Positions 7,205 through 15,378 of a stretch of 22,144 bases of DNA are shown in pieces (positions within the stretch are counted from its first letter, which is position 1; every line of letters begins with the position of its first letter). The stretch spans positions 1-22,144 of IMG/VR virus record IMGVR_UViG_3300046055_000032. One strand, 5' to 3'. A model generated the notes under the pieces. The model did not search any database. It had not been told where the DNA came from and was given only the letters and a program-made list of their open reading frames with translations. Both the position numbers and the translations under genes were made by a program. Source of the stretch: a virus. Taxonomy: Duplodnaviria > Heunggongvirae > Uroviricota > Caudoviricetes.

Positions 7205-7804
7205 ACAAACCAGGCACAGGCGGCGCTGCGCCGCACGATGGAGGATTATCCCTCGTCGCGTTTCATCCTCATCGGTAATTACCCGAACCGTATCATTCGA
7301 CCGATCCGTGACCGTTGCACGACGTTCCCCTTCACGCCCGTTGATCAAGAACGGGGTGTTTCGGCCTTGGCTCGCATCTGCGAGCGCGAGGGGATGGACA
7401 CTGACCGGGCCGCGCTGGAGGCGTTGTGGGAGCAAAACCGCGGTAGTATGCGTGGAGCCCTCAACGCTCTCCAGTCGTTTCCGCCGTCGTTCAGCGCCGA
7501 CGACGTTCAGCGCCATGCACCGTCGCAGGCGGCGAAGGACATCATGCAAGCCCTGGCGCAAGGCGAGACCCGGGACGCCGAGCAGCGGCTCTTGCAGCTC
7601 ATTCGCAGCGGCGTCAGCAGCGACGAAGTGTTCCGTTCATTGTTTGACGTGATCGATGACAGCTCGATGAACGAGGAGGCGAAGGACAACGTCTTGTTCC
7701 GGCTCGGCGAGTACGAGTACCGGGTCCAGACGGGATGCAGCCTCGACGTGCAAGCCCGGTGCTTCCTCCGGGAGATGAACAGTTTGCGGAGGAACGGTCC
7801 ATGA
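7067..7804 (+). CDS. rfcS: Intein C-fragment (46 aa) fused to RFC small subunit C-terminal half
   Basis: MPAAKK...VEIDSIE...AWNITM...GILTHN|TNQAQAALRRTMEDYP..RFILIGNYPNRIIRPIRDRC; own SD GGTGA (7056-7060) and TAATG overlap with the upstream stop. Confidence 0.9.
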   Translation: MPAAKKREINTVEIDSIESKGQGKAWNITMDKRPNFLLGNGILTHNTNQAQAALRRTMEDYPSSRFILIGNYPNRIIRPIRDRCTTFPFTPVDQERGVSALARICEREGMDTDRAALEALWEQNRGSMRGALNALQSFPPSFSADDVQRHAPSQAAKDIMQALAQGETRDAEQRLLQLIRSGVSSDEVFRSLFDVIDDSSMNEEAKDNVLFRLGEYEYRVQTGCSLDVQARCFLREMNSLRRNGP

Positions 7805-8616
7805 AGAGCATCGAAGAGGCACGAATCGAGACGGCGCAAGAGATCCTGGACGAGTCCGAAGCGCGCGATCCGGTGAAGACGTACTGCCTGTTCAGCGGCG
7901 GTCACGACAGTCTCGTCGCGACGCACGTTGCTCACGAACTGAGCGACCCGGATGGCGTCGTGCACATTAACACGGGCATCGGGATTCCCGAGACGAGAAC
8001 GTTCGTGCGCGACACTTGCGAGGCACAGGACTGGAACCTGATCGAGAAGGAAACGGAGCACGAGTACGAGGATCTCGTTCTGGAGCACGGGTTCCCGGGC
8101 CCACAAGCGCATCGGTACGCTTACACGACACTGAAGGAGCGAGCGATTGACGCGCTGCTCCGGGAAGCCAAAGAGTCTCGCGAGCAGGAAGTGGTGTTCC
8201 TGACGGGCGTCCGTCGATCCGAGTCCCGTAACCGGATGGGTAGCGCGGACGTGATCAACAAACGCGGTTCGCAGGTTTGGGCAGCGCCGATCATTTATTG
8301 GGACGCGTTGGACGTTACGCGATGGATTCGCGACCACGACATCGAGCGCAGCCCGGTCGTTGACAAGCTGCACATGAGTGGTGAGTGCCTCTGTGGCGCG
8401 TTCGCGACACGGGGCGAGTTCGAGCAGATCGAAATGTTTTACCCGGAGGTCGCGGAGCGAATCGAGCGATTGGAAGACGAGGCCCGGAACAAGGATATGG
8501 AACGGTGCCGTTGGGGTTGGGCGAACCGAAGACAGGGCGGTGAGAGCGACGATGCCACTGATTACTTCATGCCGTTGTGCAAGGACTGTGAGGCGGCCGA
8601 TGACGCCGAACAATGA
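7801..8616 (+). CDS. PAPS-reductase-family (PP-loop) protein, 271 aa
   Basis: CLFSGGHDS PP-loop, HINTGIGIPET, LTGVRRSESRNR, SGECLCG; ATGA overlap with the rfcS stop (in frame with the track ORF 7735-8616). Confidence 0.8.
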   Translation: MKSIEEARIETAQEILDESEARDPVKTYCLFSGGHDSLVATHVAHELSDPDGVVHINTGIGIPETRTFVRDTCEAQDWNLIEKETEHEYEDLVLEHGFPGPQAHRYAYTTLKERAIDALLREAKESREQEVVFLTGVRRSESRNRMGSADVINKRGSQVWAAPIIYWDALDVTRWIRDHDIERSPVVDKLHMSGECLCGAFATRGEFEQIEMFYPEVAERIERLEDEARNKDMERCRWGWANRRQGGESDDATDYFMPLCKDCEAADDAEQ

Positions 8617-8637
8617 TCACGACTCGAACCGCGGGAC

Positions 8638-8874
8638 ATGAACGGTCGGGAGCGAGGCTCGTACATGGATTGGACGGACACGATGGAGGACGCACCGATG
8701 GGTGAATGTCGAGCGTGCGGCGCAACGATGCCGTACAGCGAGTTCGCGAAACACTTGGACGAGAATCCCAAGTGCCAGGAACGTGTACAGGCACTCCGAG
8801 ACGCCGAACCGGACGACTTGCAAGAAGTCGTGGAACGCGACCCGGACATTGACGACATCACGGACTTGATGTAG
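8638..8874 (+). CDS. Small zinc-finger-like hypothetical protein, 78 aa
   Basis: CRACG...KHLDENPKC (C2HC spacing), acidic; ends 1 nt before the polB start. Confidence 0.55.
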   Translation: MNGRERGSYMDWTDTMEDAPMGECRACGATMPYSEFAKHLDENPKCQERVQALRDAEPDDLQEVVERDPDIDDITDLM

Positions 8875-8875
8875 G

Positions 8876-11800
8876 ATGGTTACGTTCAAACCGTACAGTA
8901 TCTATTACGAGACGGAGCGCGACGACCTGGTCGTGCACCTGCACGGCCGCACCGCCGATGGGGAACGTCGAAGCGTGAAACTGTACGGTACGCAACCGTA
9001 TTGTTACGGGACGATCGTCCCGAGCCATGACCTCGTCACGGGCGTTGAACGCGACGCTGCCGAAACGTTGCAAGGTGAGAGCGTTCACCGCATCGAGACG
9101 GCGTTCCCGTTCAACGTTCCGAAGATCCGTGACGAGTGCGGTGACACGCACGAAGACGACGTCTGGTTCAGTGATCGCGTCCGTTACGATCACGGCATCA
9201 GGGGCGCCGTCGAGATCCCGGATCGCGACATGTTGAACCCGGGGGAGATCACGCCCATCAGTTACGACGAGCGCCCCGGGATTGACGCGCGCGTCTGTGT
9301 TTTCGACATCGAAGTGGGCAGCAAGCAAGGCTTCCACGGCCCCGACAACCCTGGCGGGGAAGTGCTCAGTATCGCCGCCTGGGACAGTTACCATGACTCG
9401 TACGTGTTCCTGCTGAACGGCCAGTTCGACCCCGCGTCGCAGCGGAAAGCGATGCGGTACTTCAAAAACGAGGACTGGAACGTCCAAATCGTTGAATGCA
9501 GCAACGAGCGCTCGCTGTACCAACGCTTCTGTCAATTCTTGATCGCGGCGCAGCCGGACGTTTTGGCTGGGTGGAACAGTTCCGATACGATGGGCAGCAA
9601 CGGCACGGACGGGTACGACGTACCGTACTTGAAAGCGCGCGCCGAGCTGGTCGGACACCCGCAACCCGATTGGGACCAATACGTCGCGTTCGACCTCATG
9701 GACGCGTACGCTCGAATGCAATTCACCGCGCTGGAAAGCAAAGGCCTGGATTTCGTGAGTCAAAAGGAAGGGCTTGAGGGGAAAACCAGCGACGAGAGCG
9801 TTTGGAAGCTCTACGAGCAGGATCGCGGCAACTTCGCGATCTACAACGTCGCGGACGTCTTCCTCACGAAAGAAGTCATGCAGCGCGCGAACGTTCTCGG
9901 GTTCTGGGAAGAGTTGAGCGACTTCGCTGGCTGCGGACTTCAAGATGCTCTCGCGGCGGGGCGTGTCGTGGATGCGTTCGTGTTCCATTGGTTGCGCGGC
10001 GACGATCGCGTTTTGCCGTCGCGTGGCGGGGGCGAGTCCCTGGATCTCGGCGGGGGCGAGGTTCTCGATCCCAGCGACGGCCTGTTCCGGCACGTGGTCG
10101 AGATCGATCTCTCGTCACAGTACCCGAACGCGATGCGGACGTTCAACTTGAGCCCGGATACGCTCGTGGACGAGGACTTTGACGGTCCCGTGTTCACGAT
10201 GCCGAGCGGTGCCCGTTATCGGAAAGACCAGCGCGGCATTATTCCGCACATCATCGACGAGCTGATTAGCCTTCGCGAGGCGAAACGCTCGCAAGGCAAA
10301 GAGTTAGAGCAGCGCGTTATCAAGGAGGTAGCGAACTCGATCTATGGAAACATAGGTTCGCCCTACAGCCGATTCCGTAACGAGTACATCAGTAACGACA
10401 TCACGGCCAGCAGCCGCGAACTCATCAGCTGGATCGCCAACCAAACAGCCGAACGAGGCGATCGTCCACTGTATGGGGACAGCATCACCAGGGATCGGTT
10501 CGTTACTGTCCGGGACCCCGACGGCAACGTGTACCCCATCAACATCGAAGAGTTCTTCGAGAGCGTGGCGGAACAAACCGGTGCCGCTTGCGAGTTCTTC
10601 CAGCCTGACAACGTCACTCGCCGAGCCGATGGGAAGGAGGAAACGTATCCCGAAGAGTGGGAGGCCCTTACTGTAAACCCCGAAACAGGCGAACCGTGCT
10701 GGCGCCCGGTCCGTTGCATCATCCGTCACGAAACGGACAAGACGATCTACCAGGCCCGGCAAAAGCACGGCATCACTCGATGTACCGAAGACCACTCCCT
10801 CATCGATCAAGACTACGAAGAAGTTCGCCCCGAAGAGTTAGAGGGTCGAGAGATGGCGTATGTTCGGGAACTTCCCCAGGAAGAGTTGAACTCTTCCGTT
10901 GACTTGGCCGATTGGTTATCGTTCGAGGATGTGATGATTGACGAGACCCCCAACATCGGGCAGCGCACTATTTACTGGGACGCAGCACAACGGTGCGGGG
11001 AGGTGGACCGACGCCTCGACGGCAAGCAGCTTGAGAACTTTTGCCGTCTCTTGGGAGCGTACGTGTCAGATGGGAGCGCTGGGACAAGCATCACTCGCGA
11101 CACTCGACGGGGTAGTTGGGGCATCTCGAACCAGAACAATGAATGGCTGGAGGAGATGCAAGAATACGCTCAGTCCGTGTTCCGGGGCGTCAAGCACTCG
11201 ATACTGGACGACATGGAGGGCAGCGGAACGTACAAGATGACGTCAGGGACGCGCCTCCCCGCCACCATCATGACTGTGCTGGCTGGCGCGGGCGCTCGTG
11301 GCAAGAGAGTGCCACGATTCTTGTTCGGGCTTGAGGATCGCTTCAAGTGGGCGTTTCTGGAGGAGGCAATACAAGGCGATGGCTGGTGGAAGGAGGGGGG
11401 CGAGTCGCCGGACGTTGAACAGCATCGTTTCTCGTACTGTTCCACGAGCCAAGAACTCATCTCGGGCCTCTCGCTGTTACTGAACTGCCTGGGCATCGAT
11501 CACGGGGTCAAGTACCGTCCTGAGAAAGAGAGCTACGCTCTGTACCGGCGCGAGCAGGTTCGGGAGACCCGTCTACAAACAACCGTATCGACCATGAAGT
11601 ACGATGGCCCCGTCTTCGACGTGGAGGTCGAGGGAACAAACATGTTCTGCGACTCCCTGGGGCACGTACTTCTCCACAACACGGACTCCGTCTTCTTCTT
11701 GTTCGCGGACGCTCCCGACGATTACCGTGGCGTGCAACGCATGGCGGAGGAGCGTGTCACGGAGCTGAATGACCAACTCGGCGAGTTCGCGGAACGTTAC

Positions 11801-12445
11801 GGATGGGAAGACGGCGACGAGCTGCATCTGGAACTGGACGTAGAGCACGTTTACGAAGCCTGGTACCAGCCGGGCGCCAAGAAAACGTACGTGGCCGTGT
11901 ACCGTGACCCGGACGGCAACATCGAGCGGGACGGGTACCGGTACTCGATGAAAGCCCGCGGTTTCGATCTCCGGTTCAGTAACACGGCCAACCTCACGAA
12001 AACCTTACAAAGGGAGGTGCTCGTCGCGCTCCTGTTCGGTGCCGGCCAAGACGACATCATCGACCATATCCGCGGAACGATCGACGAGCTGAAAGCCGGC
12101 AACATCTCGCACGAAGAGCTGCTCGTCCCGACCGGGTGGAACAAGAGCGAGTACAAGACCGAGCCCGAGCATGTACGCGCCGCGCGGTGGAGCAACGAGA
12201 ACCTCGGCAAGAATTTCGGTCCCGGGGACAAACCGCTCGTCCTGCCAGCGCACGTCGAGGACAAGCCACCGACGGACGTGATCGCGCTCGCGTGGGGTGA
12301 CGATCTCCCGGAGGGTACTGTCATCGACTGGGACGAAGTCGTTCGTAAAGCCATCTTGCAACCGATGGATAACGTTCTGGAACCGATCGGTATCCGGCAA
12401 CGGGACATCCTTCGTCCCACGGCCGAGGCAGACAGCTTCTTCTGA
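8876..12445 (+). CDS. polB: Family B DNA polymerase with 3'-5' exonuclease; contains an intein (1189 aa precursor, about 789 aa mature)
   Basis: ExoI FDIEV, ExoII GWN...YDVPYL, ExoIII YNVAD, motif A DLSSQYP, motif B KEVANSIYG, motif C YGD|TDS split by the intein. Confidence 0.95.
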   Translation: MVTFKPYSIYYETERDDLVVHLHGRTADGERRSVKLYGTQPYCYGTIVPSHDLVTGVERDAAETLQGESVHRIETAFPFNVPKIRDECGDTHEDDVWFSDRVRYDHGIRGAVEIPDRDMLNPGEITPISYDERPGIDARVCVFDIEVGSKQGFHGPDNPGGEVLSIAAWDSYHDSYVFLLNGQFDPASQRKAMRYFKNEDWNVQIVECSNERSLYQRFCQFLIAAQPDVLAGWNSSDTMGSNGTDGYDVPYLKARAELVGHPQPDWDQYVAFDLMDAYARMQFTALESKGLDFVSQKEGLEGKTSDESVWKLYEQDRGNFAIYNVADVFLTKEVMQRANVLGFWEELSDFAGCGLQDALAAGRVVDAFVFHWLRGDDRVLPSRGGGESLDLGGGEVLDPSDGLFRHVVEIDLSSQYPNAMRTFNLSPDTLVDEDFDGPVFTMPSGARYRKDQRGIIPHIIDELISLREAKRSQGKELEQRVIKEVANSIYGNIGSPYSRFRNEYISNDITASSRELISWIANQTAERGDRPLYGDSITRDRFVTVRDPDGNVYPINIEEFFESVAEQTGAACEFFQPDNVTRRADGKEETYPEEWEALTVNPETGEPCWRPVRCIIRHETDKTIYQARQKHGITRCTEDHSLIDQDYEEVRPEELEGREMAYVRELPQEELNSSVDLADWLSFEDVMIDETPNIGQRTIYWDAAQRCGEVDRRLDGKQLENFCRLLGAYVSDGSAGTSITRDTRRGSWGISNQNNEWLEEMQEYAQSVFRGVKHSILDDMEGSGTYKMTSGTRLPATIMTVLAGAGARGKRVPRFLFGLEDRFKWAFLEEAIQGDGWWKEGGESPDVEQHRFSYCSTSQELISGLSLLLNCLGIDHGVKYRPEKESYALYRREQVRETRLQTTVSTMKYDGPVFDVEVEGTNMFCDSLGHVLLHNTDSVFFLFADAPDDYRGVQRMAEERVTELNDQLGEFAERYGWEDGDELHLELDVEHVYEAWYQPGAKKTYVAVYRDPDGNIERDGYRYSMKARGFDLRFSNTANLTKTLQREVLVALLFGAGQDDIIDHIRGTIDELKAGNISHEELLVPTGWNKSEYKTEPEHVRAARWSNENLGKNFGPGDKPLVLPAHVEDKPPTDVIALAWGDDLPEGTVIDWDEVVRKAILQPMDNVLEPIGIRQRDILRPTAEADSFF
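10481..11680 (+). mobile_element. Contiguous intein (400 aa) with LAGLIDADG homing endonuclease in PolB motif C
   Basis: Starts with Ser after YGD; TRCTEDHSL (block B), LLGAYVSDGS and FLEEAIQGDG (DOD motifs), STSQELISGLSLLLNCLGI; ends VFDVEVEGTNMF...LLHN followed by Thr+1. Confidence 0.92.
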
Positions 12446-12458
12446 TACCGTCCCCGAA

Positions 12459-12483
12459 CCGAAACGCTTTCAAATCCTAAAGG
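12459..12483 (+). promoter_or_regulatory. Putative BRE/TATA promoter of the modification cassette (likely leaderless)
   Basis: CCGAAACGCTTTCAAATCCTAAAGG: TATA-like TTTCAAAT starts 28 nt before ATG 12496. Confidence 0.5.
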
Positions 12484-12495
12484 GTTTTTTGCAGC

Positions 12496-12996
12496 ATGAA
12501 TCCCGAGAAGGCTACGTGCCGCTCGTGCGGGTCCACGTTCAACGTCACGTACGACGTCTGGGACGGCCGCCCGCGCGGCGTAGCTGACTTCATGAGCCCG
12601 AAACTGTCACCCGGTACCGAGAACGCGATCCGAACGATCGCGGCCTTGAACGAGTACGAGATGGTGGGTGTCGTGAGTATCGTGGACTGTGACGGCGTCG
12701 GTTACTTGACGGGCCTCAAAGTGGCGAGAACGGTCCGCAACGAGGGCATCGGGACGCGCCTGACGCGCCGCTGCTGCGAGGAGGGCGAGAAGCTCGGTTG
12801 GGATCGCATCTACTTGGACACGGTCACGGACAAGGCCGCATCCGTGTTCATCGGAGTCGGTGCCACGACGGTTACCTATGACGAGATGCTGGGCGCTGTC
12901 GAGGACCACTTGGGTGACGCTGTCCGAGGTTATCGGGCATCGGATCGCGATTACGAATGCTGGGTGATCGAGTTGAGTGATAACGATGACGAGTAA
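12496..12996 (+). CDS. GNAT-family acetyltransferase with N-terminal CxxC knuckle, 166 aa
   Basis: YLTGLKVARTVRNEGIGTRL = GNAT acetyl-CoA-binding motif A; WDRIYLDT; N-terminal CRSCG. Confidence 0.8.
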   Translation: MNPEKATCRSCGSTFNVTYDVWDGRPRGVADFMSPKLSPGTENAIRTIAALNEYEMVGVVSIVDCDGVGYLTGLKVARTVRNEGIGTRLTRRCCEEGEKLGWDRIYLDTVTDKAASVFIGVGATTVTYDEMLGAVEDHLGDAVRGYRASDRDYECWVIELSDNDDE

Positions 12997-14167
12997 CGAA
13001 CAAGACGAGAACCCGGACTGGGCTCGCGGTTACCCTGTTGAGGAACTGGAGCGCATCGCGGACATTTGCCAAGAGCACGATCACGAGTACAGTCTCAGCG
13101 TGTTCTCGAAAGTCCAGGAGCGCGACGTAGCGACCTGGATGGACGAGTACCAGGTGATCGCCGCCGACGACTGGTGCATCGTGTACGAAGACGTGGATCG
13201 CTCGCGCCGCATCCAGGACTTCCGCCGCGAGCCGCGCGGCAAGATGCAACGGTACGATCGCTTCGTTCGGCGCGTCGCGTGGCGAGACGACGACTCTTCC
13301 GATGCGTACAGTGCGGTCCGTGAGACACTGGGTGCTCTCCTGGACGACGTCACGGGATGGGTTCGTCTCTGGCAAGGCCATCCCGGCGATGAGCGTCTCG
13401 CGGACGACCTGGGCCTCGATCACGGGCTGACGAAGATCTCGGCCGCGAGCGAGCTGGAAGGCATTTGGGTCACGGACGACGAGATCGTTCACATCGATGA
13501 TCTCCTACCCGAGGAGGCGCTGCACTTGGAGCGAGCCAGTACAAGCATCGACCCGGACGCGTTCCAAGCAGCGCGGGACGCCCTGGATCGCATCGAGGAA
13601 TGGACGGGCCACTACTCCAAGTACGGGGACCCGGACACGTGGAGCGCGCTCGCGCTGCGCGGTTTCGGCGGCAAGACGGGGTTCATTGACAAGCCCGCGG
13701 AACGGAACCAGTCGTGGCGTGAGGACAACCCTGACAAACTGAACTGGGAATGCCAAGATACGCCGCTTCGGGACGAGCTGCCGGAACTGGACCCGCTCAT
13801 CGATGCCGTCCCGGGTCGCAAGGAGCGCATCCGGCTCATGCGTCTCGGTCCCGACGACGGGGAAATCGAACGTCACGCGGACATCACGGACCCGGACGCC
13901 GGCGCCGCGCTCGGCAACTTGATGCGAATGCACGTCCCGCTGCAAACGAACATCGGCGTCGCGTTCACGAGCTGGAACCGTTTCGGGAACCCGAAAACGA
14001 CGCACATGGGCGCGGGCGAGATCTGGTACTTGGACACTCGAAAACCGCATCGCGTCATCAACGAAGGCAGCACGGATCGCGTTCATCTCGTCCTCGACGT
14101 GGAAAGCAACGAACAGTTGCTCGACACGCTGGGCGTTGAGAAACAAACAGTGGGAGAGTTCTTTTGA
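12986..14167 (+). CDS. Two-domain protein: unassigned (possibly GNAT-like) N-domain + Asp/Asn beta-hydroxylase-like 2OG-Fe(II) oxygenase, 393 aa
   Basis: RIRLMRL...IERHAD (HxD), MRMHVPL, GEIWYLDTRKPHRVINEGSTDRVHLVLD (distal His and 2OG-binding Arg); ends KQTVGEFF. Confidence 0.8.
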   Translation: MTSNEQDENPDWARGYPVEELERIADICQEHDHEYSLSVFSKVQERDVATWMDEYQVIAADDWCIVYEDVDRSRRIQDFRREPRGKMQRYDRFVRRVAWRDDDSSDAYSAVRETLGALLDDVTGWVRLWQGHPGDERLADDLGLDHGLTKISAASELEGIWVTDDEIVHIDDLLPEEALHLERASTSIDPDAFQAARDALDRIEEWTGHYSKYGDPDTWSALALRGFGGKTGFIDKPAERNQSWREDNPDKLNWECQDTPLRDELPELDPLIDAVPGRKERIRLMRLGPDDGEIERHADITDPDAGAALGNLMRMHVPLQTNIGVAFTSWNRFGNPKTTHMGAGEIWYLDTRKPHRVINEGSTDRVHLVLDVESNEQLLDTLGVEKQTVGEFF

Positions 14168-14464
14168 TGAGCGATATGAAAGTGGACGATTGTCGCATCC
14201 TGCACGGAGACGCTCTCGACCGGCTTGGGGACGTGGATGACAATAGCGTGCATACGTGCGTGACCAGTCCCCCGTACTGGGGTTTGCGCGAGCGGCCGCA
14301 AACCATTCCCCCGTTCGCGGCGGTGCAAGCGGGGAAGTGCGCAGCGAAACGTTACACGTCGAAAGTGCACGAATACTGCCTCGTCTTCCGCAAGGGGGGG
14401 GGGCGTCCGTGAGGGAGAGATGGAGCCCGTCAGTCGCACCGATAACGCGGAGGATTTCTTTTGA
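14167..14464 (+). pseudogene. Internally deleted, frameshifted amino-methyltransferase relic
   Basis: ILHGDA...VHTCVTSPPYWGLR joined directly to KRYTSKVHEYCLVFRK; no AdoMet-binding motif I; TGA at 14410-14412 just after a G10 run (14394-14403). One G fewer would extend the frame to ...NAEDFF-stop at 14464. Confidence 0.7.
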
Positions 14465-15378
14465 CTCGCCAAAACTCGCTCGTTGACCAGTACGTGGAGC
14501 CGCCGTTCAGTACGCTGAACACTCAATCGCAGCGCTGGCAGGAGCGCAAGAACTGGTGGATCAACCTCGGCATCCAGAGCCACCTCGGTCGCGGGGACAA
14601 CCTGCTTGGTTTCAGCGAGACCGTTCTCGGTGAGAGCGGCGAACTGGACGGGACGAGCATCTTTGACCCCGTGCTGTGCGAGCTGATGTACCGGTGGTAC
14701 TCGCCAGACGACGGGACCGTACTTGACCCGTTCGCGGGCGGTAGCGTTCGCGGGGTCGTGGCTGCGTGCCTCGGCCGAGACTATGTCGGCATTGACGTGA
14801 ACGAGAAGCAGGTCGAGCACAACCGGCAACAATGGAACGAGATCCGCCACGTTAACGACTGGGGCGGCGAGCCGCGTTGGATCGCGGGCGACAGCAAGTA
14901 CGTGCTCCCCACGCTCGACGACGATGCTGATTTCCTGTTCTCGTGCCCGCCCTATTACGCGCTGGAACAGTACACGGACCGGGGCGACGATCTCAGCAAC
15001 GCGCCAAGTTACGACGACTTCGCGAGCGACATGCGCGACATCATCCAGCAAAGTTATGACCAGTTAGCGCCGAACAGTTTCGCTGTATGGGTCGTCGGCG
15101 AGATCCGCGACGACGACGGGTCCTATCACGGTTTCGTTCCCGACACGATCGAATGGTTCCGAGACGCTGGGTTCCGGTACGAGAACGAACTCGTACTGGA
15201 AACCAGTCTCGCGACCGCCGGAATGCGCGCACGGCGCCAGTTCGACGCGAGTCGGCGCGTCGTGAAAACGCACCAGAACGTTCTCGTGTTCTGCAAGGGG
15301 GACGCGAAAACGGCCACGGACCAGCTCGGGGACGTGCAAGCGCAGCCCGGGGACGAGAACGCACAGGAGTTCTTCTAA
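14461..15378 (+). CDS. DNA amino-methyltransferase (N6-A or N4-C), 305 aa
   Basis: Motif I VLDPFAGG precedes motif IV FSCPPY; N-terminal PPFSTL...W...K..W; C-terminal KTHQNVLVFCKG; TTG start with SD GGAGG (14449-14453); ends NAQEFF. Confidence 0.85.
   Translation: MTRQNSLVDQYVEPPFSTLNTQSQRWQERKNWWINLGIQSHLGRGDNLLGFSETVLGESGELDGTSIFDPVLCELMYRWYSPDDGTVLDPFAGGSVRGVVAACLGRDYVGIDVNEKQVEHNRQQWNEIRHVNDWGGEPRWIAGDSKYVLPTLDDDADFLFSCPPYYALEQYTDRGDDLSNAPSYDDFASDMRDIIQQSYDQLAPNSFAVWVVGEIRDDDGSYHGFVPDTIEWFRDAGFRYENELVLETSLATAGMRARRQFDASRRVVKTHQNVLVFCKGDAKTATDQLGDVQAQPGDENAQEFF

Noticed and set aside
14412-14461. Readthrough fusion of the methyltransferase relic to the intact methyltransferase (same frame)
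   Set aside because: Two in-frame stops (TGA at 14410 and a TAA before 14461) intervene.
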